Below, piece by piece: positions 1 through 12,330 of a stretch of 64,000 nucleotides of DNA. Both the position numbers and the translations under genes were made by a program. Position 1 is the first letter of the stretch; each line of letters starts with the position of its first letter. A model generated the notes under the pieces. The model was not told the origin of the DNA. It made no database searches and was given only the letters and a program-made list of their open reading frames with translations. This stretch comes from the human T2T-CHM13v2.0 reference genome, Homo sapiens: NCBI RefSeq assembly GCF_009914755.1, contig NC_060932.1; one strand, 5' to 3'.

Positions 1-239
1 ACTACAACCTCTGCCTCCCAGGTTGAAGTGATTCTCCTGCCTCACCTGAGATTAGAGGCATGTACCGGCATGTCCGGCTAATTTTGTGTTTCTAGTAGAG
101 ATGGGGTTTCACCATGTTGGCCAGGCTGGTCTTGAACTCCAACAATTCTAATTCAACTAATTTATTTTATAGAAATATTTATGTGTGAGAAACAATATTT
201 TCAAGAGTCAAAGATTTAAAACTGCTTAATTGTACATCA

Positions 240-730
240 CTAAGTGGCTGGCTAATAAATTATAGTACGTTCATCCTTACGGAAGAATACTTTGCAGCTA
301 AAACAGAACGAAAGAGAGGAAACTCTTCAAAATGTTAACTGGGAATGACGTTCAAGACTTATTGTTAAATAAAACAAATTGAGAAGAAGAGTCGTTTATT
401 GGTACTAAATTTGTGTCAGTAAAAATGGATTCTATACGTGGGATGCTTTATAAGTATGTGGAAAAATTCTTTGATGGTTTTTCCTTGAAAAAGTGAAACC
501 TAAATCCACTCCGTTTGGATGTGGGCCTATTTACGGTTGTTGCTTCCTAAACATAAACTACGTTTAGGCTGATATTTCAGACAATGAAACCTTTGAGTGC
601 CCGTAGCGGGAAGATCTCGGTTGCTGAGTGCAGGGAAGGAGGATGTAATTCCATCATATATACTCTCTGTGCCTACCGCATTTGGAACCATGCGAGTGAT
701 ACGTATTTATAAAATAACATAAACCAAGCA
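240..730 (+). mobile_element. Probable ancient L1ME-type 3'-end fragments
   Basis: AATAAATTATAGTAC..GAATACTTTGCAGCTAAAA and ..ACCATGCGAGTGATACGTATTTATAAAATAA resemble recalled L1ME ends; highly diverged. Confidence 0.45.
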
Positions 731-2519
731 CAAGTACGAACTTAGCAACACTATATTGAGTTAATAGAACGGTATCTTGTATTTCTTCTGTCCAGGTATA
801 CTTATAAATGCCTGCAGGGATTTCACCACCTCAGGGTGGAGAGACTGAATGCTTGTGAGGGAATTAGGATGGTGGAATATTGGTGTTACCAGGGAAGGGG
901 GCGGGATGTTTGAAAATGCTATGTTTACTCGTTCTTGGGTTCCAATAAAGGAGAAACAGGGCACAGGAGTCGGAAGGACTAGTGGCAATAGTGATGAAAG
1001 GACCTCCTTATCATGCTGGCTATGTTAATTACCCAGGTGTAGGAAGCCATACACTGAGGCGGAAGATCGCAAGTCAGAGTGGCCGGCAGGCACAACCTCC
1101 TGGCACACCAGAGGCAGGTCTTCAATACCCACTGGTTTCCCCAACAGGCTGCGTAAGGGACCCTGAGCCACAGTGAGTTGGTCAAATGCTCCTGACAGTG
1201 TGGAGAAACCAACAGGCAAAACGTGGGTGCAAAAGTGATGAGACCCCACACTTTACACTCGTGGTGACAATGAAGCTATTAAGTAACAGCTTCTCAACCT
1301 ATGCTGTTTCCTGTTGGATGCACATAATCCATTTGCACTGCAGACAATTTTAGGATGTGGTTTACAGTAAGGTGGATGGTACCTTATGGCAAAAATCTCT
1401 CAGAAATTTATGTGTGGTTTTAAAGTCATTCCAGTCCTAGCACGTTGTGCTTTTCAGAGACGCCATAGCTGTTTTTCCCTTTGTAATATCAAAGCAGTAA
1501 TATCTTCTCTGGAGGCCTGTTGGGTGAATTTAATGGAATCAAGTTAAGTAGGTGCCAGAACCATTGCTGTTTTCCCTCCATAGCCCTGCCACCCACTGTA
1601 AAAAGGTTGATGAGATTACTTAATGATTTCCAATTAAGTTGTATTTCCAAATATCATGATTTCCATTTTAATGTAGTTGGTATGGAGCTCTGTGAGTGTG
1701 TGCTTCTTTTATTATGGATCACGTTCAGCTTCTTTTTATTTGCCTCCTAGTCATAATAGTAAAACTCTACTCCTCTACTCCGAGGAGTCCCTACCACCCA
1801 TCTCATCACTTTCCAGCCCAGCACTCTTCATGCTCATTCATTTAAAGCATTCAACATTGTGTAAATGAATCTTGGAAGGCAAAAGCTACTGAATTTAGCG
1901 AATTTGTGGAGGCATTGCCACAAATCAGCCAGGTGAAGTTTCACACAATCGAAGACTGCACAACTCCTAGAAGGCAGCACTATGCTGCAAACCCAGACGG
2001 CCAGTCTTCTCACCCCTCGTCCGTTTGCTGTTCTGGATAATGAGGTTCAAAAGTCACCTAGGCAACTGCCAAAATAGCTGAAATGGAGAAAGGGCTTCAG
2101 GCTGGTGACTAGCAGAGGTCCACCTGACCCCCGTAAGCTGCTGAACAAGTAGGGCTGCCAGAAATGTCCCACTAGGGAATTTGGTAGAGACGAAGACATG
2201 CTCACCGGACAAGGGTTCCTCCCAGGATACGCCCGAGCGGAAGAAGCGGGCTCTGAGCCACGCCCTTTCACCCTCCTCTACCCCGCCCTGGGCTGGTGAA
2301 GGTGCGCGCCAGGATGTGGACTACTGAGCCCTGAAGAAATAAGTCCTTCCACTTTGACCCCATGGAGGATTGCCTGTGAGGAACTTAAACGAGTCTACCA
2401 GTGTCTAGACACGGGGGCAGGTCTGTCCGGCACAGCAGCTCCCTCAAGGAGGAGAAGAGTGAGGAGAAAGGAAACTCAAGTCTCACCATTCTGTCCTGGG
2501 AGAGAAGAGGAGGATCTCA

Positions 2520-2590
2520 TCTCTCATCTGTCCAAACAAGGCAAGGAGACTTTCTCTCATCTTTCCAAGCAAGGCAAGGAGACTTTTTAT
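2520..2590 (+). repeat. 33-bp tandem duplication (every unit)
   Basis: TCTCTCATCT.TCCAA.CAAGGCAAGGAGACTT occurs twice. Confidence 0.85.
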
Positions 2591-2659
2591 CATTAGGAAA
2601 CAAAAAGAATTTAGAAGGAATGAAAGCAGCCCGTAAGGTGAATTCCTAAGGACTGCCCA

Positions 2660-3467
2660 TTGAAACTGACAAAATTGCCCTTGTTTGATGAGAGGAATGA
2701 GCAGAGCATTGATGTGGTGAACAAGGATCTAGTGAGACTTTCCCAGCATGTTTCTACCAAAGCTTTATCTAAGCTTCTCAGAACACTCTCCTAATAAGCA
2801 GATGTTTGGCCTTTCAGAAAGTCAACAAGCAAAATGCCTTGAGTGTCCCAAAACACTGATGCCATGATGTGGGCTCCTGACTGGCCTCCTTTTCCTTTGA
2901 CTGGACCACTGCCACCTCTTGGTAGCCATCGCTTTCATGATGCTTTGCCTTCGAGATCATATTGGTGAAGCCATGTTCCAACTTCCGCTTACAATTTGTC
3001 AGAGGGATGCGTCAGGATCGTGATCCCTCCTGTTTAAAATTTCCACTGATAGCTCTCGTCGTAACTGCAGCTGATCTGGGCACAGTGGTTTTCACAGCCA
3101 CTGCAGGATTCATCTTCCACATCTTCTCACCTCTTCTTGAAACAAGCTATACATTCGTAAAGAGTTCATTTCTTTGGGGTAGTGTCCTTACAAGCTTTTC
3201 TTAAAACGTCAATGATTTCTTCAATCTTCCACCCAAGCTTCACCATAAATTTGATGTTTCCTCTTGCTGCAATTTTCGTGGAATTCATGTTGCTCTGACG
3301 GGAGTCCTTTTCAGTGGATGTCTCATCCTTCTTAGTGCCTCAAACTAGATCTAGTTCAGAAAGGTTATCAGAAGTTAGGACAAGTTTATTTTAGTGCAAA
3401 CCAGTGGAAATCCATGCATAGTTTCTTCACCATGTGCATTTTCTATGAACCTTTGGAAGACCACCTG
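2660..3467 (-). mobile_element. HSMAR2 mariner remnant (left TIR plus decayed, internally deleted transposase)
   Basis: The minus strand reads MNSTKIAARGNIKFMVKLGWK.. and WLPRGGSGPVK..VFWDTQGILLVDFL..HSSHQTRAIL with stops; a TIR-like GGTCTTCCAAAGGTTCATAGAAAATGC is at the right end. Confidence 0.85.
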
Positions 3468-3788
3468 TGTTGAACATTGCCCAAGTCCTGGGAGAGAAGT
3501 GGGTGCGGTCCGCTTCCTGTCCTCAATTTGCCCGCAGCGGCGGAGTGCACAGAGCAGGGAAAGGCAGCCCCAGAGGGATCCCGCCCTCCAGCATGCAGCA
3601 GACTGCTGGCCCAGTCCTGGCTCCAAGGGGTGCTGTGTGGGCCCAAGCAAGTTGACCAACCTCCCTGAACCTTAATTTAATCCTAGGTAGCCCAATTCCA
3701 GTAGCCATTATAGGACTGCCCTGCAGGGACAGTTACTTAACTCAGGAAAAGCAACCTAGCTCCAAGTTTAGCAACCGGGAGTTCCAGT

Positions 3789-3949
3789 TGATTCCATTAG
3801 CGCACCCCCTGAGGCATTCCCAAGCTGGAGTCTGGTGGAAGATGAGGCTCAGTGTGATTGGACTGAAGCACCAACCTATCAAGGAGAAGTCCCACCCAGT
3901 CTGCCCTGTGCCTATATAAAGGCGACAAGTGGCGGCCGCAGCACTCATT
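3789..3949 (+). promoter_or_regulatory. Putative Pol II promoter: DUX4-type site, inverted CCAAT, CACCC box, TATA and Inr
   Basis: TGATTCCATTA at 3789-3799, ATTGG at 3857-3861, CCCACCC at 3891-3897, TATATAAA at 3913-3920, and CTCATT (BBCABW Inr) at 3944-3949, about 30 bp after the TATA box. Confidence 0.7.
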
Positions 3950-3950
3950 G

Positions 3951-4364
3951 AAGCCGCCAGTTGGGAGAGGAGCAGAGCCAGGCCGGTGCTCCCGAAGGCA
4001 GCAAGATGTTGCGAGCCACAGCTCCCTGCTGGTTCCCCCCTGGATACCCAGAAGCTAAGAAGGTGGCCGAGGAGGCGGCCCTGGAGGCAAGCCGCCATTT
4101 GGGAGGGGAGCAGAGCCAGGCCGGTGCTCCCGAAGGCAGCAAGATGTTGCGAGCCACAGCTCCCTGCTGGTTCCGCCCTGGATACCCAGAAGCTAAGAAG
4201 GTGGCCAAGGAGGCGGCCCCGGAGGCAAGCCGCCATTTGGGAGCGGAGCAGAGCCCGGCCGGTGCTCCCGAAGGCAGCAAGATGTTGCGAGCCACAGCTC
4301 CCTGCTGGTTCCCACCTGGATACCCAGAAGCTAAGAAGGTGGCCGAGGAGGCGGCCCTCGAGGC
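3951..4364 (+). repeat. 138-bp minisatellite x3 covering the 5' UTR and N-terminus (also 16141-16554, 28331-28744, 51282-51695, 63471-63884)
   Basis: AAGCCGCCA.TTGGGAG begins at 3951, 4089 and 4227; in-frame ATGs at 4006, 4144 and 4282. Confidence 0.95.
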
Positions 4365-6033
4365 TCCAGAATTCCCACTGCCCTCTCATCAGCCTGCCCA
4401 GAGCTTCGGGCTCTGGGTGCCCCAGATGCACAAGCAGGCCTCAGCATTTGTGGACATCCAGGCGGAGCCCCAGAACAGGGGTCCGGCGGTGCCCCCAGCG
4501 TGGCCCAAGATGGTGACGGAGTCGTGCTACTTCCCTGCGCAGAGGGGATCGGCCTGCCGCTTGCCAGCCGCCCCAAGGCTGACAGAGAGGCCCTCGGGAG
4601 TCCGCATCTCAGCCCCCAGGAAGAGGAAGACGATCGCCCACTCTTCCAGCCCTTGCTTGGTCACAGGTTACACAGATGCCAAGAGAACCCGGGTGGCCAG
4701 CAGCAGCCAACGCTCCCGTGGCTCCAAGGTCGGCAGACAGCCAGGGAAGACGCGCAACAGGTCAGGGATGGCATGCAAGACCACCGCCACCACCAGCTCT
4801 AAGCGAATCGTCCGTCGTGCATCCTTACCGAGTTTGAGTTTGAAGAAACCCATTATCCTCCGAAGCTCTGGGTGCCAAGTCCCCACCGTCCTCCGCCGAG
4901 GCTATCTCCAACTGTTCACCGAAGAGTGTCTCAAGTTCTGCGCCTCCAAGCAGGAGGCCGAGGAGAAGGCGCTGAACGAGGAGAAGGTGGCCTACGACTG
5001 CAGCCCCAACAAGAACAGGTACCTGAACGTGGTCCTGAACACCCTCAAGAGACTGAAGGGCCTGACCCCCAGCTCCATGCCCGGCCTCAGCAGGGCCGCC
5101 CTGTACAGCCGCCTCCAGGAGTTCCTGCTCACCCAGGACCAGCTCAAGGAGAACGGCTACCCCTTCCCGCACCCCGAGCGGCCCGGAGGCGCCGTCCTCT
5201 TCACTGGCCAGGGGAAGGGGCCCGGCGACTCCTCCTGCAGGGTCTGCTGCCGTTGTGGCACCGAGTACCTGGTGTCCTCCTCGGGCCGCTGTGTACGCGA
5301 CCAGTTGTGTTATTATCACTGGGGGCGGGTCCGCTCGAGCCAGGTGGCTGGAGGCCGGGTTAGCCAGTACACCTGCTGTGCAGCTGCTCCTGGCTCTGTG
5401 GGCTGCCAGGTGGCAAAGCAGCACGTGCGGGACGGCCGCAAGGAGAGCCTCGATGGCTTCGTGGAGACCTTCAAGAAAGAGTTGTCCAGAGACGCTTATC
5501 CAGGAATCTACGCCTTGGACTGTGAGATGTGCTACACCACGCATGGCCTAGAGCTGACCCGCGTCACCGTGGTGGACGCCGACATGCGAGTGGTGTACGA
5601 CACCTTCGTCAAGCCCGACAACGAGATCGTGGACTACAACACCAGGTTTTCCGGAGTCACCGAGGCCGACGTCGCCAAGACGAGCATCACGTTGCCCCAA
5701 GTCCAAGCCATCCTGCTGAGCTTTTTCAGCGCCCAAACCATCCTCATCGGGCACAGCCTGGAGAGCGACCTGCTGGCCCTGAAGCTCATCCACAGCACCG
5801 TGGTGGACACGGCCGTGCTCTTCCCGCACTACCTGGGTTTCCCCTACAAGCGCTCCCTCAGGAATCTCGCGGCCGACTACCTGGCACAGATCATCCAGGA
5901 CAGCCAGGACGGCCACAACTCCAGCGAGGACGCAAACGCCTGCCTGCAGCTGGTGATGTGGAAGGTCCGACAGCGCGCCCAGATCCAGCCACGCCACCGG
6001 TCCGCCTCTCCCGCCGCCCTGGCCTGTCCTTAG
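4006..6033 (+). CDS. REXO1L1: REXO1-like DEDDh 3'-5' exonuclease (GOR antigen), intronless, 675 aa, copy 1
   Basis: The first ATG is at 4006 (the ORF-track start at 3961 is TTG). Motifs: ExoI ALDCEM, Exo[10 protein letters not shown], Exo[11 protein letters not shown], a Cys/His cluster (CCRC..CYYH..CC..C), a basic RKRK patch and 46-aa N-terminal repeats. It matches the REXO1 C-terminal half as I recall it. The paralog number cannot be assigned from sequence alone. Confidence 0.9.
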   Translation: MLRATAPCWFPPGYPEAKKVAEEAALEASRHLGGEQSQAGAPEGSKMLRATAPCWFRPGYPEAKKVAKEAAPEASRHLGAEQSPAGAPEGSKMLRATAPCWFPPGYPEAKKVAEEAALEAPEFPLPSHQPAQSFGLWVPQMHKQASAFVDIQAEPQNRGPAVPPAWPKMVTESCYFPAQRGSACRLPAAPRLTERPSGVRISAPRKRKTIAHSSSPCLVTGYTDAKRTRVASSSQRSRGSKVGRQPGKTRNRSGMACKTTATTSSKRIVRRASLPSLSLKKPIILRSSGCQVPTVLRRGYLQLFTEECLKFCASKQEAEEKALNEEKVAYDCSPNKNRYLNVVLNTLKRLKGLTPSSMPGLSRAALYSRLQEFLLTQDQLKENGYPFPHPERPGGAVLFTGQGKGPGDSSCRVCCRCGTEYLVSSSGRCVRDQLCYYHWGRVRSSQVAGGRVSQYTCCAAAPGSVGCQVAKQHVRDGRKESLDGFVETFKKELSRDAYPGIYALDCEMCYTTHGLELTRVTVVDADMRVVYDTFVKPDNEIVDYNTRFSGVTEADVAKTSITLPQVQAILLSFFSAQTILIGHSLESDLLALKLIHSTVVDTAVLFPHYLGFPYKRSLRNLAADYLAQIIQDSQDGHNSSEDANACLQLVMWKVRQRAQIQPRHRSASPAALACP

Positions 6034-6158
6034 CCCCAGGCCTCTTCCAAAACCGCCATCAGTCCCGAGAGCTCACCCTGCCCACCTCGCCGCAAAGCGA
6101 AAGAAACTGGAGCAGCCGGCGGCAGGAGAGGGCAAAAAGCCAAGAGTAACCCCAACCC

Positions 6159-6356
6159 CCCACTCCCGGTCCCCCGGAATCCCTGCCGCGGCCCCTCGGG
6201 CCTGTCCACATCCCTCTGCCCCTCCCAGACCTCTGTCCTTCCACCAATCGCCTCCCGCAGCCCCGAGCCGCCACTCCCAGTCCCCCGAGTCCCTGCCGCG
6301 CGCCCTCGCGCCTGTCCACATCCCTCTGCCCATCCGAGACCTCTGTCCTTACACCA
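6159..6356 (+). repeat. C-rich ~110-bp tandem duplication downstream of the stop codon (all copies)
   Basis: CCTGTCCACATCCCTCTGCCC..AGACCTCTGTCCTT occurs at 6201 and 6311. Confidence 0.85.
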
Positions 6357-6484
6357 CTAGCCACCCCACGTGGGACTTCCATGGCTTCTGAGTACAAGGC
6401 CAGCCCCCCGGCCCACCAGCTTTCGGAATGCCTGCTTACCTCTTTTTCTGTAGAGGCACCACAGGGAGGTGGGTGAAGCACTTC

Positions 6485-6597
6485 GGCTCTGGAGTTACAG
6501 ATCTGGGTTCAAGGCCAAATTCCACCACTTACTAGGTTTGTAATATTGGACAGATAACGTCTTTGCGCTTCTACCTTTTGGTCTTTAAAGTGTGATC
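6485..6597 (+). mobile_element. MIR 5' part; its 3' part continues at about 10270-10370 after the L1 insertion
   Basis: GGCTCTGGAG..CTGGGTTC..CCACTTACTAG before the L1, and GCACATAGTAGGTGTTCAATTAATGTTAACTAT after it. Confidence 0.65.
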
Positions 6598-10269
<3,672 letters not shown>

Positions 10270-10389
10270 AAAGTGTGATCCTAATGTCATGGTGCGGACT
10301 GAATGAAGCAACACATGGCAAGCCTTAAAACGATCGCACATAGTAGGTGTTCAATTAATGTTAACTATATTTCTTTTCTATAATAGTTT

Positions 10390-10720
10390 ATAAAGGGAAT
10401 TCATGAACACTATGTGATTAATCCTTGGAACAACCCAACAGGTAAGTAAATAAAGCCTAATTTTATACCTAAAGAAACCATGCGGCTTAACTTGCCCAAA
10501 ATAATAATGATTGTAATGAGCACTGGCTGTTGGTTTCTTATGTACTTGGTACTTTGCACGTATTAACCCAGTCAGTCCTCCTAACAGTTGTGAGAGAGAT
10601 AGCATTCTTATCCCCATTTTACAGATGAGGAACCTGAAGCCCAGGTGATAAGTAGTTTATCCAAGGTATCATAGCTAGAAGTCGGGTGCAGGCAGTCTGG
10701 CTCCAGAGCCCCTGCTCTGT
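10390..10720 (-). mobile_element. MIR fragments (every unit; inverted at about 32874-33204)
   Basis: MIR core ATCCCCATTTTACAGATGAGGAA..GCAGTCTGGCTCCAGAGCC, and CTTAACTTGCCCAA. Confidence 0.75.
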
Positions 10721-10937
10721 CCGCTGACCTAGCTGACTTCCCAAGAGTCAAAGTGGATTCTTCCCCAAGACCAACCAATTACAATGACTGAATCAGTCAG
10801 TCAACTTCGAACTGGGCTCCAAGAGAGAACGAACCATCATGCCTCTCTAAATCCTCATTTCTAGTTTGAATCTTCAAGGAGAGATAGACACTAAGTAGCT
10901 AGTTTTGCTGGAATGGCTGATTTTATCAATGTTTTCG

Positions 10938-11059
10938 GTGTGTGAGTGTGTGTGTGTGTATATGTATAGAACTAAATTAAACTGATAATTTGAATGCTTA
11001 CACTTCCATTAGTTCAATTTGTGTATGTGAGCCCTCACACACATACATACACACACACA
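10938..11059. repeat. (TG)n and (CA)n microsatellite pair
   Basis: GTGTGTGAGTGTGTGTGTGTGTA at about 10938 and CACACACATACATACACACACACA at about 11036. Confidence 0.8.
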
Positions 11060-11249
11060 AACTGTTCCAGAACAGTGACTTAGTGAAAAACTGGATTTCC
11101 ACTCTGTCAGACAAATTTCGGAAAGCACTGAAGTAGGGCATTTCTGATTGATTTTACCGTTCCCGGAATTTTATTTTCCTTTATCACTTAGACCCCTTCT
11201 GTGGGGATTTAATAAATAAACGTCTTTTGTAGTGTATGTTATTTCATTT

Positions 11250-12100
11250 TATTTTTATAATTTATATGAATTTTAATTTTAACTTGACAAATAAAAATTA
11301 TATATATTTATGGCATACAACATGATGTTTCATACGTGTATACATTGTGGAATGACAAAATCAAGCTAATTAACACACTCGTTTCCTCACATACTGATTT
11401 TAATGTGATGAGGACATGTCTAAAATCTACTCTTATAGCAATTTTCAAGTATACAATACATAGTTATACACTGTAGATGCCAGGCTGTTCAATAGATCTC
11501 TAGAACCATTCCTCTCTGAAATTTTGTATCATGAGACTATCATCTCTCCAGTCCCTCCCTGACCCCTGCCTCGGGTAACCACCGTTCTGCTCTCTACAGC
11601 TATGAGTTGCATTGTTTGAGATTGCACATATAAGTGAGATCATGCAGTATTTGTCTTTTTGTGCTTGCTTTTTAAATCTTTATTATGTAATTATTTATTT
11701 TTTGAGACAGGGTCTCAGTCTGTCACCCAGGCTGGAGTACAGTGACACAAACACGGCTCACTCACCACGGCCTCCACCTCCCGGGGTCGAGAGTTCCTCC
11801 CGCTTCAGCCTCCTGAATAGCTAGGACTACAGGCGTCCAACGCCACACTTGGCTAATTTTTGTGTTTCTTTTAGAGATGGGGTTTCACCATGTTGCCCAG
11901 GTTCATCTCCAACTCCTGGGCTCAACGCTTCCACCTGCCTTGGCCTCCCAAAGTACTGGGATTACAGGCATGAGCCACCGTGCCTGGCCTTTGCTTTCTT
12001 TCACTCAGTGTACCATCCTCTAGGCTCATTCGTGTTGCCAATGAGATGATTTCTTTCTTTTTTAAGGCTGAATTGTGTTCTATTGGGAATATGTACCGCT
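11250..12100 (-). mobile_element. Old L1M (L1MA-like) 3' end interrupted by an Alu (also about 23440-24290, 43546-44396, 55736-56586)
   Basis: CACATATAAGTGAGATCATGCAGTATTTGTCTTT..., TTTTTTAAGGCTGAAT and AAAATCTACTCTT..GCAATTTTCAAGTATACAATACA. Confidence 0.75.
11690..11989 (-). mobile_element. Alu, AluJ-like, full length (also 23880-24179)
   Basis: TTTTGAGACAGGGTCTC...GAGCCACCGTGCCTGGCC. Confidence 0.9.
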
Positions 12101-12114
12101 TTTCTTTTTATGTT

Positions 12115-12330
12115 TAATTTTTTTTGGTTTTTTGAGACAGAGTTTCGCTCGCGTCGCCCAGGCTGGAGTGCAGTGGCGTGATTTCGAGTCACTACAACCT
12201 CTGCCTCCCAGGTTGAAGTGATTCTCCTGCCTCACCTGAGATTAGAGGCATGTACCGGCATGTCCGGCTAATTTTGTGTTTCTAGTAGAGATGGGGTTTC
12301 ACCATGTTGGCCAGGCTGGTCTTGAACTCC
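12115..12330 (-). mobile_element. Truncated AluS-like element (also 1-140 partial, 24305-24520; inverted at 43316-43531 and 55506-55721)
   Basis: TTTTTGAGACAGAGTTTCGCTC...CCAGGCTGGTCTTGAACTCC, with an internal deletion. Confidence 0.88.

Larger units (their letters stand above)
3930..6330. other. CpG island spanning the gene (repeated in every unit)
   Basis: Visibly GC- and CpG-dense compared with the AT-rich flanks; includes a NotI site (GCGGCCGC) at about 3932. Not quantified. Confidence 0.8.

Noticed and set aside
761-2649. Short 60-90 aa ORFs upstream of the gene
   Set aside because: No homology recognised; several gain or lose starts and stops between copies.
2660-3467. HSMAR2 transposase as the driver of amplification
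   Set aside because: It is a decayed internal fragment with one TIR and does not coincide with the junction.
3961-4005. 690-aa ORF start given in the track
   Set aside because: It starts at TTG only about 14 nt after the predicted TSS; the first ATG at 4006 gives 675 aa.
3951-4364. CRISPR-like array
   Set aside because: Contiguous tandem repeats without unique spacers, in primate DNA.
3742-4516. 229-aa antisense and 195-aa alternative-frame repetitive ORFs
   Set aside because: They are open only because the 138-bp repeat is a multiple of 3 and GC-rich; the 195-aa ORF also starts at GTG upstream of the predicted TSS.
4825-6149. Overlapping and antisense ORFs (239, 206, 163, 149 and 98 aa)
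   Set aside because: Expected shadows of a GC3-rich coding sequence; no recognisable domains.
11612-12192. Short ORFs in the Alu/L1M region
   Set aside because: Translations of Alu and L1 sequence.
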